Shown here piece by piece: positions 42,402 to 52,675 of a DNA stretch of 64,000 bases. Location of the stretch: assembly GCA_963801355.1 (NCBI GenBank), contig CAWDEM010000004.1:64001-128000 (forward strand), read 5' to 3'. The position numbers and the translations under genes were made by a program. Origin of the DNA: Ignavibacteriota bacterium. Its GTDB lineage: Bacteria > Bacteroidota > Ignavibacteria > UBA10030 > UBA6906. The notes under the pieces are model-generated. The model saw only the letters and a list, made by a program, of their open reading frames with translations, was not told the origin of the DNA and ran no database searches. The number at the start of each line of letters is the position of its first letter. Position 1 is the stretch's first letter.

Positions 42402-43004
42402 CTAATCGCTGATTTCCAGCCGTCTGATCTCATCCCGCAGCCCTGCCGCCTTTTCGTAGTCTTCCTTCTCTATGGCCAGTTTCAGCTGCTGGTGCAGATC
42501 CTCAAGGCGGGTGACTTTAATTGTTTCGGGGGGTGTTTTCGGCTGCTTCGGAGTTGCTGCGGCCTGCTTCCCTTTCCCTTCTTCCTTCTTCTCGTCGTCA
42601 TCTTCTTCTTCCGGCACGAAGGCGGCTTCATCCATGACATTCGAAGAAACAAAGATTTGCGCGCCGTAGCGGACTGCAAGGGCGATTGCGTCGCTCGGAC
42701 GTGAATCGATCGCCTGATTATCGATGTTCAGCTTTGCGTAGAACGTACCGTCGCGCAAATCGTCAATCACCACGTCCGTCAGCTCCGCGCCGAACGAGCC
42801 GATAATGTTCTTCATCAGATCGTGTGTAAGCGGACGGGGCGGCTTGATGCCTTCCATCTCCAGCGCAATGGACTGTGCCTCCGCCTGGCCGATGATGATC
42901 GGGAGGCGGCGGTTCCCTTCCACTTCCCGGAGAATCAGTGCATACGCACCGCCGGTCGCGGGGTTCGTCGAAAGTCCAAGTATGTCAACCAGCACTCGCT
43001 CCAC
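42402..43004 (-). CDS. Bifunctional nuclease (DUF151) with C-terminal UvrB/C coiled-coil motif
   Basis: LPIIIG.AEA, RPLTHDL, FYA, DSRPSDAIALA and EDYEKAAGLRDEI. Confidence 0.92.
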   Translation of the reverse strand: MERVLVDILGLSTNPATGGAYALILREVEGNRRLPIIIGQAEAQSIALEMEGIKPPRPLTHDLMKNIIGSFGAELTDVVIDDLRDGTFYAKLNIDNQAIDSRPSDAIALAVRYGAQIFVSSNVMDEAAFVPEEEDDDEKKEEGKGKQAAATPKQPKTPPETIKVTRLEDLHQQLKLAIEKEDYEKAAGLRDEIRRLEISD

Positions 43005-43030
43005 GTCGCGCTCCTTGAATCGCCAAACGC

Positions 43031-43059
43031 ATTGTACTCTAAAACACCCTCAGAGTCAA
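43031..43059 (-). promoter_or_regulatory. Near-consensus sigma70 promoter of the DUF151 gene
   Basis: Minus strand TTGACT-17 nt-TACAAT. Confidence 0.7.
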
Positions 43060-43079
43060 TATCACTTTCCAACACAACG

Positions 43080-44051
43080 TCACTTTCCGACTACCAGTTT
43101 CAACTGTGCGGTAAGCTCCGGCAGAATCTCGAACACGTCACCGACAATGCCGTAATCCGCCATCTGGAGGATCGGAGCATTCTTGTCTTTGTTGATAGCC
43201 ACGATGCACTTTGACGACGACATCCCGGCCAGGTGCTGTATGGCTCCTGAAATGCCGCAGGCAATATAGAGCGAGGGTGAGACGGTCTTGCCGGTCTGGC
43301 CGACCTGCTCGTCATGCGGACGCCAGCCGGCATCCACCACCGCGCGTGACGCACCCACAGCCGCACCGAGCACTTCCGCCAGCGATTCGATCAGCACAAA
43401 ATGCTCCGGTGCCTTCATGCCGCGTCCACCGGAGACGACAATGTCCGCTTCAGTGACATCGGGCCGTCCGACCGCAACATCGACGCGTGTCACCACCGCG
43501 CCGAAGTCTTCCGGATCAAACGTGATCTTCGCTTTCTGCACCGGCGCATCTTCCCCGTCGGCCGTCGCAGAAAAAACGTTGGGGCGGAGCGTAAAGATTT
43601 TCACCGCGCTGGTGATCCGCACATCCAGCAATACCTTCCCGCCGTATGCCGGACGTGTTGCGACGATGTCGCTATTCTCGACCCGGATTGCGATGCAATC
43701 TGACGCGAGTCCTGCTTTCAGTTTGGCCGCAACACGGGGTGCGAGATCCTTGCCCAGCTGGCTTGCAGGAAGGAACAGCACTTCAGCGCCTTCTGAGGCG
43801 GCGACCGATGCAATGGCTTTCGCATACGCGGTACTGGAATGGGCGGCAAGCGAAGGGTCATCGACAACGATCACACGGGAAGCACCGTAGCGGCCCAGCG
43901 TTCCGGCAATGCCTTCGACGCCGCTCCCGGCAAGAACCGCAATGCACTCCGCACCCAGTGCATCGGCAGCGTTGCGCGCGGCACGCACGGTCTCATAGGA
44001 TGACTTCTTGATGACGTTGTCGCGTTGTTCGGCAAAGACGAGGAGGTTCAT
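43080..44051 (-). CDS. etfA: Electron transfer flavoprotein alpha subunit
   Basis: [37 protein letters not shown] and AINKD. Confidence 0.96.
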   Translation of the reverse strand: MNLLVFAEQRDNVIKKSSYETVRAARNAADALGAECIAVLAGSGVEGIAGTLGRYGASRVIVVDDPSLAAHSSTAYAKAIASVAASEGAEVLFLPASQLGKDLAPRVAAKLKAGLASDCIAIRVENSDIVATRPAYGGKVLLDVRITSAVKIFTLRPNVFSATADGEDAPVQKAKITFDPEDFGAVVTRVDVAVGRPDVTEADIVVSGGRGMKAPEHFVLIESLAEVLGAAVGASRAVVDAGWRPHDEQVGQTGKTVSPSLYIACGISGAIQHLAGMSSSKCIVAINKDKNAPILQMADYGIVGDVFEILPELTAQLKLVVGK

Positions 44052-44052
44052 G

Positions 44053-44120
44053 AGGCAATAGGCGTTAGGCAATGGGTGTTAGGCAATGGGTGTTAGGCAA
44101 TGGGCACTAGGCAATGGGCG
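44053..44120. repeat. Heptamer-based tandem repeat (14-bp period)
   Basis: aggcaat aggcgtt aggcaat gggtgtt aggcaat gggtgtt aggcaat gggcact aggcaat gggc. Confidence 0.9.
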
Positions 44121-44133
44121 TCAGGGTCTCTCT

Positions 44134-44880
44134 CTAGATGACTCGAGCTTCTACACGCAGCAGACGGATGAGTTCGGGAACAGCGGTTTTGTCGGTCCCG
44201 ACAATTCTGCCGGCGGCTTTGGCCGGCGGCTTGTGCATTGCAAGAATTTCCACCACACGCTCCGCAGGCGCCGCGGTGTGTTCCTCAATCGGCTTATTCT
44301 TTGCCGCCATGATGCCCTTCAGCGACGGGTAGCGCGGCTCATTCAGACCCTTCTGAGCCAGGAAGACTGACGGAAGTCTGGTTTCCACTGTCTCATGTCC
44401 ACCTTCAATCTCCCGCACGCACACCGCCTTGCCATCCTGCACGTCGATCTTCGTGACGACACCGACAGAAGGCAAGCCAAGCATTTCCGCAACAAGAATC
44501 CCTACCTGGGCATCATCATAGTCAATCGATTGTTTACCGAACAGGATGACGTCGAGCGCGAGGGGTTTCAGGGCGGCGGCCAGCCCGACAGCAACACCAT
44601 AGGAATCCCGCTCCATGTCATCCTTCAGCAAGAGCGCTTTGTCTACCCCCATCGCAAGCGCTTTCCGCAGGGTTTCCTTGTGTTTGTCGCTGCCGAGGGA
44701 AAGCACTGTCACCTCTCCCTTGAACTTTTCGCGCATCCGGAGGGCTTCCTCCACAGCAACTTCGTCGTAGGGGGACATCATGTAATTGATGCCTGTCCGG
44801 TCAATGGACAGCCCTCCGGCATCGATCTTAACCCTGGTTTCGGAATCCGGAACATGGTTGACACACACGGCAATCTTCAT
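44134..44880 (-). CDS. etfB: Electron transfer flavoprotein beta subunit
   Basis: MKIAVCV..VPD, PYDE.AVEEAL, ALAMGVD, GKQSID and NEPRYPSLKGIM. Confidence 0.96.
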   Translation of the reverse strand: MKIAVCVNHVPDSETRVKIDAGGLSIDRTGINYMMSPYDEVAVEEALRMREKFKGEVTVLSLGSDKHKETLRKALAMGVDKALLLKDDMERDSYGVAVGLAAALKPLALDVILFGKQSIDYDDAQVGILVAEMLGLPSVGVVTKIDVQDGKAVCVREIEGGHETVETRLPSVFLAQKGLNEPRYPSLKGIMAAKNKPIEEHTAAPAERVVEILAMHKPPAKAAGRIVGTDKTAVPELIRLLRVEARVI

Positions 44881-44922
44881 ACAGGTTTCTCCGCTCCTGC
44901 CTGACCTGCTCTTATCAGAGCG

Positions 44923-44967
44923 TTGTTTCTCTAGTCCATTGCTTCTTTGGACCGTTGCTTCTTTGGA
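44923..44967. repeat. 16-bp-period direct repeats in the etfB leader
   Basis: TTGCTTCTTTGGA at 44939 and 44955; degenerate TTGTTTCTCTAGT at 44923. Confidence 0.7.
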
Positions 44968-44976
44968 GTCACTGAA

Positions 44977-45005
44977 AATATATGTATCGCATGACCAAAA
45001 GGCAA
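44977..45005 (-). promoter_or_regulatory. Putative sigma70-type promoter of etfBA
   Basis: Minus strand TTGCCT-17 nt-TATATT. Confidence 0.6.
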
Positions 45006-45011
45006 CGCGCT

Positions 45012-45040
45012 TTGACTTTATGCCCCTTTTTCGCTATTTT
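45012..45040 (+). promoter_or_regulatory. Putative sigma70-type promoter of rpsT
   Basis: TTGACT-17 nt-TATTTT. Confidence 0.65.
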
Positions 45041-45088
45041 GGAAGTTCACATTGTATCCAATAACATCGTTCTGGAGATAGAAGCCGG

Positions 45089-45343
45089 ATGGCTCAACAC
45101 GAATCAGCAGAGAAGAGAGCCCGGCAGGCGAAACGCCACGCCGCAAGCAACGTCCAGTGGAAGTCACGCATGCGCAACGCTGTCAAGCGCGTACGGTCGA
45201 TGACGGACAAAGAGAAGGCAGCCACGGAATTGAAGAAGACGGTGAAGCTGCTGGACCAGCTGGCGGCAAAAGGGGTTATTCACCGCAACAATGCGGCCGT
45301 TCAGAAGTCACGGCTGACGAAGTTTGTCAGCGCCCTCAAGTAA
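45089..45343 (+). CDS. rpsT: 30S ribosomal protein S20
   Basis: MAQHESAEKRARQ...KSRMRN...LDQLAAKGVIHRNNAA..KSRL. Confidence 0.97.
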   Translation: MAQHESAEKRARQAKRHAASNVQWKSRMRNAVKRVRSMTDKEKAATELKKTVKLLDQLAAKGVIHRNNAAVQKSRLTKFVSALK

Positions 45344-45895
45344 CCGTTCCAGCTCCGCAATACGTACGGCATGACGCCCGGCTTCGTCCGGGCGTTGCTG
45401 GGTCAGTTTCCTGTACGCTTCCAGTGCTTCGCGGTACTCCCCCTGCTTCGCATAGATCTCCGCCAGCGTCACCGTTACAATCGAGCTCTCGCCGCGCGGC
45501 ATCGATATGTCAACGAGGGGAGTACGATCGCCCGGATCCGGCACCAGTGGACGTTTGGCCTCCTGCAGTCTGAGCAGTAACGCTTCGACATCCGTCGTTC
45601 CGCCGTCTCCCCCGGGGGCGAGAACGCTTTCCGCCGCACGCATCCTCTCCACCGCACTTTTCACCGAAGCAATACCCGGAAGCCGCTTCGCCACTTCTCC
45701 GTACTGCGCATCGGCCGCAGCACGGTTTCCCTGTGCTTCATAACACTTCCCGAGCACCCAGTATCCCGTCGCATACCACGGAAACCGGGCGATTCCCGCG
45801 AGGCAGGTCTCCACTGCACTCTCGAGCTTCCCCGCAGCCAGGAGCGCCGCTGCGTGCACGACGAACCGGGGAGAGATTTCTTCCCCGGGGGCCAT
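45308..45895 (-). CDS. TPR-repeat protein
   Basis: FPWYATGYWVLGKCY and VTVTLAEIYAKQG.Y.EA...Y TPR motifs. Confidence 0.75.
   Translation of the reverse strand: MAPGEEISPRFVVHAAALLAAGKLESAVETCLAGIARFPWYATGYWVLGKCYEAQGNRAAADAQYGEVAKRLPGIASVKSAVERMRAAESVLAPGGDGGTTDVEALLLRLQEAKRPLVPDPGDRTPLVDISMPRGESSIVTVTLAEIYAKQGEYREALEAYRKLTQQRPDEAGRHAVRIAELERLLEGADKLRQP
45373..45396 (+). terminator. GC-rich hairpin downstream of rpsT, inside the convergent gene
   Basis: ACGCCCGG-cttcgt-CCGGGCGT; only a weak U-tract. Confidence 0.4.
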
Positions 45896-47367
45896 TACAG
45901 TCCAGCCTTTAGATGCCTCGCCAGAAACGCGTGTTTGATCGACATCCCCGACACGACGCTGAACCCGAGGAAAAAGAGGAGCTGGAATGGTACCGCGGCA
46001 ATTTCAAGGAAATAGATCGATGACACAAGACCAAACAGACAGTAGATCGCCAGCACGATTTCCACAATAATTGTCGCACTGAGTTTCACCGGCACATAGG
46101 TCTTATCGCGCCAGGAATCCTTCTTGGATTGAATACTGTACTTGGGTGTGCGGACGAATTCACTCTTACGTTTGAAGAGTCCTTCGATCACCGCCCTGCT
46201 GTTATTGACGGCCAGGCCCATACTGCCCGCCATGAACACGGGGAAGAGGAAGATCCGCTTGCGCCAGTCCTTGTACACGTCCTTCTGTGAGAAGAGATAG
46301 AACAGGAACGAACCGATGAACGCAAATACGAATACGGACATGAATGTGAAGTAGGTATCGTGCATTCCGCCGTGTTTGATGAAGACAAGCGGGACGTTGA
46401 GGATGCCGGCCAGCACGATGAACGGGAAGACAAGGTTGTTGGTCAGATGAAATGTTGCGTGGATCTTGACCCGTATCGGCAGCGGCGACTTCCATACGAT
46501 GGGGAGCACTTTGCGAGCGGTCTCGATCGCGCCTTTGGTCCACCGGAACTGTTGCGACTTCAACGCATTGATCTCCGAAGGCAATTCCGCCGGGGAGGTG
46601 ACGTTGTTGAGATACTTGAACTTCCAACCGCGCAGCTGTGCCCGGTAACTGAGATCCAGGTCTTCTGTCAGCGTATCGGCCTGCCAGTTGCCCGCATCAA
46701 ATATGCACTCCTTGCGCCACACCCCTGCCGTGCCGTTGAAGTTGATGAAGAACCCGACCTTGTTGCGGACCGCCTGCTCGATGACAAAGTGCCCGTCAAG
46801 AGCCATTGCCTGGGTGCGTGTCAGGAGCGAGTAATCGAAGTTGAGGTGCTCCCACCGTGTCTGCACCATCCCGATCCGGGGATCGATGTTGAAATGAGGA
46901 ATCGTCTTGAGCAGAAAATCGGGCCGGGGCACAAAGTCCGCGTCAAAGATCGCCACAAATTCGCCGCGCGCGGTGGTTAGTCCCTCTTTGAGCGCACCGG
47001 CCTTATACCCCTGCCGGTTCGTGCGGCACACCTGCTTGATGTCAAACCCGAGTTTTCTGTACCGTTCCACATGTTGTGCGACCACGTCGACGGTCCCGTC
47101 GGTGGAGTCATCCAGCACCTGGATTTCCAGTTTGTCCTTCGGGTAGATCATGCTGCACGCGGCGTCGATCAAACGGCCGACAACGTAGAGTTCGTTGAAC
47201 ACCGGCAGCTGCACCGTGACAACGGGATAGGTGGTCAGGGCTTCTACGGCCTGGGGCTTCCGTGAACGGAATTTCAGGTAGTAATAAATCATAATGAAGC
47301 CATGCGATCCGAACACAGTGAGGATCGTGAGGGAAATGATGTACCCGATGAGAATGAGCTCTTCCAT
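45895..47367 (-). CDS. Processive GT2 glycosyltransferase (cellulose-synthase-like, CslA type)
   Basis: VQLPVFNE, QVLDDSTD, GYKAGAL, IFDADF, TEDLD, QQFRW (QxxRW) and FVRTPK. Confidence 0.9.
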   Translation of the reverse strand: MEELILIGYIISLTILTVFGSHGFIMIYYYLKFRSRKPQAVEALTTYPVVTVQLPVFNELYVVGRLIDAACSMIYPKDKLEIQVLDDSTDGTVDVVAQHVERYRKLGFDIKQVCRTNRQGYKAGALKEGLTTARGEFVAIFDADFVPRPDFLLKTIPHFNIDPRIGMVQTRWEHLNFDYSLLTRTQAMALDGHFVIEQAVRNKVGFFINFNGTAGVWRKECIFDAGNWQADTLTEDLDLSYRAQLRGWKFKYLNNVTSPAELPSEINALKSQQFRWTKGAIETARKVLPIVWKSPLPIRVKIHATFHLTNNLVFPFIVLAGILNVPLVFIKHGGMHDTYFTFMSVFVFAFIGSFLFYLFSQKDVYKDWRKRIFLFPVFMAGSMGLAVNNSRAVIEGLFKRKSEFVRTPKYSIQSKKDSWRDKTYVPVKLSATIIVEIVLAIYCLFGLVSSIYFLEIAAVPFQLLFFLGFSVVSGMSIKHAFLARHLKAGL

Positions 47368-47433
47368 AGCAAGTGTTTTTGTGTAGAACCTTACGTTGTG
47401 AACGTGAACTTCAGCTGTCTGTATGCTCGTGTG

Positions 47434-47940
47434 CTACCATCCCGACACTGTTTCCAGCAGGATGTCTTCCGTAATCTTCCGCATCGCCTCCTTGAGGCCG
47501 ACTTGGCGCTGTGACAATCCGCCCCCGGAATCATAATCCCCCCAGTTGGAAAAATTCTTGTCCCACACCTTCTTCCGCAGCTTCATATCCTGAAACGTGA
47601 AGTGCACGGTCATGGTGATCCTGCGCTTGCTGACCTGTTCGCCCTGCTCCACCACAGCCGGGGCGTCGCCAATCGAGACAATGGCACCCTCAAGGAGGGC
47701 ATCGGCGACACCTTTGTCGGCGACCTGCAGGCTGTTGTCGCTGGTGAACAGGTCCGTCAGCTCGCGGCTGAACGTCTCGCGCAGGCCCGGTTCGCCAAAA
47801 CCTGACTGGTCATCCACCAGGGGGATTCCCACCGTCTTCAAGTGCGACGGCACGGACGCTCCGGTAAACGAATACATGCAGCCGGAGAGCTGCAGTGCAC
47901 AGACCGTTGCCAGCGCCGTGAGGAGCGTACGTGGGAGCAT
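47434..47940 (-). CDS. lptE: LptE-family lipoprotein
   Basis: LSG-C lipobox, YSFTGAS.P.HLKT, ADALLEG and a terminal W, typical of Bacteroidota LptE. Confidence 0.8.
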   Translation of the reverse strand: MLPRTLLTALATVCALQLSGCMYSFTGASVPSHLKTVGIPLVDDQSGFGEPGLRETFSRELTDLFTSDNSLQVADKGVADALLEGAIVSIGDAPAVVEQGEQVSKRRITMTVHFTFQDMKLRKKVWDKNFSNWGDYDSGGGLSQRQVGLKEAMRKITEDILLETVSGW

Positions 47941-47948
47941 CGTGATGA

Positions 47949-49088
47949 TCAGTCCAGTCTGTATTCTTTGATTTTTCTGTAGAGCGTCCGCTCGCTGATT
48001 TTCAACGCGCGGGCGGCCGCGCGGCGGTTGCCTTTGAATCGTCCGAGCGCCTCGGCGATCATCCGATGTTCCATATCGTCCAGTGTCACCGGATCGGCCG
48101 TGTCCGGGCGTCCCGCATCTTCCGCCGGCACCGCTGCATCCTGTGTCTGCAGATGATCCAGGAGAGCCGTGCGCAGTTCCATAAGGTTTCCCTTGATGTC
48201 GAGCAGTGCACGGAGTATCAACTCGCGTTCCGCCTGTTCTACGCTTTTTCCTAAGGGAACGGGAAGCTGCCGGTCATCGCCCGCCGCCCGGTACTCCTTC
48301 AGATATTTCCGCACGTCTTGCGGCTCCAGATACCTGCCGCTTTCGAGCACGAGCATGCTTTCAACCACATTCCGGAGCTCGCGCACGTTGCCCGGCCAGT
48401 GATAGTCCTCCAGCTCATGCATCGCGTTGTCGCTGATGCCCGCGAACTGGATCTTGTTGCGCCTTGCCACTTCGCCGGCAAAGTGCCGGAACAGCAGCGG
48501 GATATCTTCCGTTCGTTCACGCAGCGGAGGGATGACAATATTCACCGAACGCAGCCGATAGAACACGTCCGGCCGGAAGCGCTGCAGCCGCACCTCGTTC
48601 TCGAGGTCCTTGTTGGTCGCCGCGATCACCCGGACGTTGACCGTGCGGGGCTGCGACGAGCCGACGCGCAGGAACTCCCCGTTTTCCAGCACGCGGAGAA
48701 ACTTCACCTGTGCCGCGAGAGGCAACTCACCGATTTCATCCAGGAAAATCGTCCCGCCGTCCGCCAGTTCAAAGTACCCTTTGCGCTGCTCGGCGGCGCC
48801 GGTGAATGAACCGCGTTCATGACCGAACAGCTCGCTCTCGATAATTCCTTCCGGGATTGCACCGCAATTCACGGTAATCAGCGGCTTCTTGCTGCGGAGG
48901 CTTGCGGCGTGGATAGCCTTGGCGATCACCTCTTTTCCCACCCCGCTTTCGCCGGTGATGAGTACGGTGATATCCGTCGGCGCCACCTGCACAATCACTT
49001 CGGCGATCTTCTGCATCTGCACCGATTCGCCGATGATGCCGTGTTCCCGCTGAAACCGGACCGGATCTTTTGTCACTGCCCCCTGCAT
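47949..49088 (-). CDS. Sigma54-interacting AAA+ transcriptional regulator with Fis HTH and no receiver domain
   Basis: [42 protein letters not shown] and ISERTLYRK. Confidence 0.9.
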   Translation of the reverse strand: MQGAVTKDPVRFQREHGIIGESVQMQKIAEVIVQVAPTDITVLITGESGVGKEVIAKAIHAASLRSKKPLITVNCGAIPEGIIESELFGHERGSFTGAAEQRKGYFELADGGTIFLDEIGELPLAAQVKFLRVLENGEFLRVGSSQPRTVNVRVIAATNKDLENEVRLQRFRPDVFYRLRSVNIVIPPLRERTEDIPLLFRHFAGEVARRNKIQFAGISDNAMHELEDYHWPGNVRELRNVVESMLVLESGRYLEPQDVRKYLKEYRAAGDDRQLPVPLGKSVEQAERELILRALLDIKGNLMELRTALLDHLQTQDAAVPAEDAGRPDTADPVTLDDMEHRMIAEALGRFKGNRRAAARALKISERTLYRKIKEYRLD

Positions 49089-49089
49089 G

Positions 49090-49959
49090 TCACCTCGATA
49101 GGACCATTGCGTCAATTCCCATTGTCCGCTTGATTTCCTGGGCCGCGGCACGCGCTTCTTCATACGTCGAATAGCTGCCCACCCACACGAGGAACAACGC
49201 ACGTGTGTCTTTGACCTTGCTGATCATCTCAACGGGATAGCCCGCCGCTTCAAACTTTGTCTTCAGGACTTCCGCATTGCTCTGCTGGCCGAAGGCGCCG
49301 GTCTGCAGGACGAACCGCACCGGGATCCCCGTGTCGGACTGGACCGGAGTGCTCTCGGGCGACGGCTGCGTGCCGGCAGATGCGTCCGGCGGAGGGACAA
49401 CCGGCAGCTCTTTCTCCTTTGCTGGTGCCTCTGTTTTCGGTGCTTCGATTCTCGGGGTCTCTGCTTTCGGCGTTTCTGTTTTCGACGTCTCTGGCGCGGG
49501 AGGTGTTGACACGGGTGGTACCGCATCGGGTTCGTCTGTCACCACGGAAGACTGCGTCGTCTGGGTGCCGGCAGCTTTCACGTATGGCGAGTTGGGGAAC
49601 CTCTCCGCAAGCTGCTGCATTTTGATCTCGGCCGTGCGATACAGACCTAGCGCATAGTAGAACTGATACACGCGATAGAGGGCATCATCGGCCCATTCAC
49701 TCTCCGGGAAGTTGTCAACGATGCTCTGATACGTCCGGAGTGCCTCGGAGCCTTCGTGCGTCACGAGGCCTTGCACGTACAGCACTCCGGGATTGTTCGG
49801 ATACTTCGCCACAAGAGCAGGAAGTTCCTTCCGCACCTCCTCCGCATTGCCGCTGTTGACTGCCGCAACGTACTTCTTGATATCGGGTTCCGTGCTCTGC
49901 GCGACCGTGATGTCGCCCAGAGCGTAGAGGAGAGCAAGAAAAATCACGCACTGTTTCAT
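49090..49959 (-). CDS. Periplasmic TPR plus SPOR-domain protein
   Basis: Signal peptide, [16 protein letters not shown]-rich linker with 5-aa repeats, and LQTGAF...NAE...VWVGSY. Confidence 0.8.
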   Translation of the reverse strand: MKQCVIFLALLYALGDITVAQSTEPDIKKYVAAVNSGNAEEVRKELPALVAKYPNNPGVLYVQGLVTHEGSEALRTYQSIVDNFPESEWADDALYRVYQFYYALGLYRTAEIKMQQLAERFPNSPYVKAAGTQTTQSSVVTDEPDAVPPVSTPPAPETSKTETPKAETPRIEAPKTEAPAKEKELPVVPPPDASAGTQPSPESTPVQSDTGIPVRFVLQTGAFGQQSNAEVLKTKFEAAGYPVEMISKVKDTRALFLVWVGSYSTYEEARAAAQEIKRTMGIDAMVLSR

Positions 49960-49987
49960 TGGTTCGATCCGATGTGGCGGTTGTGTA

Positions 49988-51304
49988 TCAGACGCGTGCG
50001 CCGAACAGCGTCGCAGAATTGGCGCGTGTGATGGTTACGGTGATGTACTCGCCGGGTTGTTCCTGTGCATGCGGGAACACCACGGTACGATTGGTGTCGG
50101 TGCGTCCAGTGTACTCCCGGGCGGATTTCCTGCTCGGACCCTCAACCAGAATCCGCTCGGTGTTGCCGACCGAGAGTTGATTGATCTCGCGGGTGATCTT
50201 CCGTTGCCGGGCGATGATCTCGCCGATCCGGGAGGTTTTCACATCCTCGGCGACGGTATCACCCATCTCCCAGGCACGGGTCCGTTCACGCGGGGAGTAC
50301 TTGAATGTGTATGCCCCGTCGTACCGCACCGCTTGCAATAATGCCATGGTGTGTCGGTGATCTTCGTCGGTCTCCCCCGGAAAACCGGAAATAATGTCCG
50401 TGGTCAGGCTCACGCCCGGAATTGCCGCCCGGATCTTCTCCACGAGCGCTGTGTACCCGCGCACGGAGTAGGTACGATTCATCAATGCCAGAATCCGGTC
50501 GGATCCGGATTGCACGGGCAGATGAATGTACTTGCAGATATTGCCGGTCGCACTGATCGCCTCAATCAGCCGGTCGGACATATCCTGGGGATGCGAAGTC
50601 GTGAAACGGATTCTCACATCCCCGTGCACCGCTGCCACGGTACGCATCAAGTCCGAGAAGTCGTGTCCGCCGTCGACGTACGAATTCACATTCTGGCCCA
50701 GAAGGGTGATATCCCGGAAGCCGCGTGCGGCAAGTGAACGGGCTTCACGCACAATGGTGGAAAACGGTCTGCTGCGCTCGCGCCCCCGCGTGAACGGCAC
50801 CACACAAAACGTGCAGAACTTGTCACATCCGCGCATCACCGAAATCCAGGCAGAGACACCCTCCGTACGAAGGGGTTCAATGTCGTCATACGTCTCGACC
50901 CTGGAAAGGCGGACGGCTATACCCTTCTCACCGCTCACAGCGTGATCGATCAGGTTTGGCAGCTTCCTGTACTCGTCCGGGCCAACCACAATGTCCACCA
51001 GGTCTTCCTCTTCCAGGAATTTCTCCCGCAGCCGCTCGGCCATGCAGCCCAGTATCCCCACGACCAAATCCGGATTCCGCCGTTTCTGGGCATGGAACAG
51101 ACCCAGCCGCCCGTGGATTCTCGTCTCTGCATTTTCCCTGATGGCGCAAGTGTTGATCAATGCAACATCGGCTGAGGCAAGATCACTGGTGAAGACATAC
51201 CCCTCCTTCGCCAGGATGCCGCCCACAAGTTCGCTGTCTGCCACGTTCATCTGACAGCCGTAGGTCTCGACGTAAACACGCCTATTTGTCTTCTCGTTTG
51301 CCAT
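49988..51304 (-). CDS. miaB: tRNA-2-methylthio-N6-dimethylallyladenosine synthase
   Basis: [48 protein letters not shown] and a TRAM domain. Confidence 0.97.
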   Translation of the reverse strand: MANEKTNRRVYVETYGCQMNVADSELVGGILAKEGYVFTSDLASADVALINTCAIRENAETRIHGRLGLFHAQKRRNPDLVVGILGCMAERLREKFLEEEDLVDIVVGPDEYRKLPNLIDHAVSGEKGIAVRLSRVETYDDIEPLRTEGVSAWISVMRGCDKFCTFCVVPFTRGRERSRPFSTIVREARSLAARGFRDITLLGQNVNSYVDGGHDFSDLMRTVAAVHGDVRIRFTTSHPQDMSDRLIEAISATGNICKYIHLPVQSGSDRILALMNRTYSVRGYTALVEKIRAAIPGVSLTTDIISGFPGETDEDHRHTMALLQAVRYDGAYTFKYSPRERTRAWEMGDTVAEDVKTSRIGEIIARQRKITREINQLSVGNTERILVEGPSRKSAREYTGRTDTNRTVVFPHAQEQPGEYITVTITRANSATLFGARV

Positions 51305-51329
51305 TTTGGAGTCATCAGGGAAGCTTTCG

Positions 51330-51358
51330 AATCTATTCTAAACACGACAAATAAGCAA
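51330..51358 (-). promoter_or_regulatory. Putative sigma70-type promoter of the miaB operon
   Basis: Minus strand TTGCTT-17 nt-TAGATT. Confidence 0.6.
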
Positions 51359-51463
51359 TTTGGCAGGATTAGGAGTTTCTTAATTCTTTTTAATTTAGGG
51401 CGATTTTGATGGTTTTTTGTGTATGTCTGACAAATAGGCAGAGGGCGGGGTTAATGTGAAAGA

Positions 51464-51556
51464 AGGCACTAGGCAATAGGGACTGGGCACTAGTGCCTCG
51501 TGCCTCATGCCTATTGCCTCAATGCCTCAATGCTTCACGCCTACGGCCTATCGCCT
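51464..51556. repeat. Heptamer repeat array in inverted arrangement
   Basis: aggcact aggcaat agggact gggcact, then tgcctcg tgcctca tgcctat tgcctca atgcctca ... Confidence 0.8.
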
Positions 51557-51628
51557 TTTATTATCCCCACGCCTTTCGTATCTTTCAATCTGCAATTCTC
51601 AACCAATCATACCCGAGCACTGACCCCC

Positions 51629-52615
51629 ATGACACCCAAAGAACTGATGGACGGCATTCATGCCAAAGCGAAATCTTTGAAAAAGACAATCGTCCTCCCC
51701 GATGCTACGGACGAACGGGCGATCCAGGCCGCGCGCATTCTCGTGGACCAGCAACTGGTGACACCTGTTCTCGTCGGGGACCGGAAGGCCATTGAAGAGG
51801 GTTTCAGGAAGACCGGGACATCACCTGCCGGTATTACTATCGTGGAGCCATCCACATCCGAGCATCATGCAGACTTTTCAAAGAAGTTCCAGGAGTTGCG
51901 CAAAGCGAAGGGACTTGAGCTTGCGGAAGCACAGAAGCTGATGAGGCAGCCGCTCTATTTTGGCGCGATGATGGTGCGCGAAAATCTCGCGCAGGGTAGT
52001 GTGGCCGGTTCTCTGTCCACAACGGGTGACGTTCTCCGGGCGGCAATCCAGGTGATCGGCCTCGCCGACAAGATCACCATCGTTTCCAGCTTCTTCCTGA
52101 TGATTTTTCCGCAGAAGGTCTATTCGTTCGCCGATTGCGCCGTCGTTCCCGATCCTACTCCGGAACAGCTGGCAGATATCGGCATCTCGACTGCGGACAA
52201 TCACAAGCGCCTGACAGGTGAGGAAGCCCGTGTTGCCATGCTCTCATTCTCGTCAAAGGGGAGTGCCAGTCATCCATTGGTGGAAAAAGTCCAGCAGGCC
52301 ACACAGATATTCCGGTCGAAGCGCCCCGACATCATCATGGACGGCGAGGTACAGCTGGATACGGCCATCGTACCGAAAGTCGCGGCATCCAAGGCACCGG
52401 GCAGTGCTCTGGCCGGACAGGCAAATGTTCTGATCTTCCCAGACTTAAACGCGGGGAACATCGGGTACAAGCTTGCACAACGTCTTGCGGGGGCGGAAGC
52501 GGTTGGTCCGGTGGTGCAGGGATTGCGCAAACCCGCATTTGATCTTTCGCGCGGATGCAGCGTCAGCGATATCGTCAACGTCGCTGCCATCAATGCGGTT
52601 GTTGGGGCGGCGTAG
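51629..52615 (+). CDS. pta: Phosphate acetyltransferase (short PTA_PTB form)
   Basis: [55 protein letters not shown] and DLSRGC. Confidence 0.93.
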   Translation: MTPKELMDGIHAKAKSLKKTIVLPDATDERAIQAARILVDQQLVTPVLVGDRKAIEEGFRKTGTSPAGITIVEPSTSEHHADFSKKFQELRKAKGLELAEAQKLMRQPLYFGAMMVRENLAQGSVAGSLSTTGDVLRAAIQVIGLADKITIVSSFFLMIFPQKVYSFADCAVVPDPTPEQLADIGISTADNHKRLTGEEARVAMLSFSSKGSASHPLVEKVQQATQIFRSKRPDIIMDGEVQLDTAIVPKVAASKAPGSALAGQANVLIFPDLNAGNIGYKLAQRLAGAEAVGPVVQGLRKPAFDLSRGCSVSDIVNVAAINAVVGAA

Positions 52616-52626
52616 CGTCCTCCCGT

Positions 52627-52653
52627 CCGGATGGGCCCATCGGGCCCATCCGG
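52627..52653. terminator. Perfect 12-bp inverted repeat between convergent pta and the ABC permease gene
   Basis: CCGGATGGGCCC-atc-GGGCCCATCCGG. Confidence 0.65.
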
Positions 52654-52675
52654 CTAAATCGCCCCGGTGACATGC

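Noticed and set aside
44051-44072. N-terminal extensions of etfA and pta in the ORF track
   Set aside because: They are translated from heptamer repeats; downstream ATGs (44051 and 51629) match the family starts.
45308-45343. 36-bp convergent overlap of rpsT and the TPR gene as antisense regulation
   Set aside because: Short tail-to-tail overlaps are common and there is no further evidence.
51629-52615. pta as cargo of the microcompartment
   Set aside because: It is 15 kb away, is the ordinary PTA_PTB type rather than PduL, and has no visible encapsulation-peptide extension.
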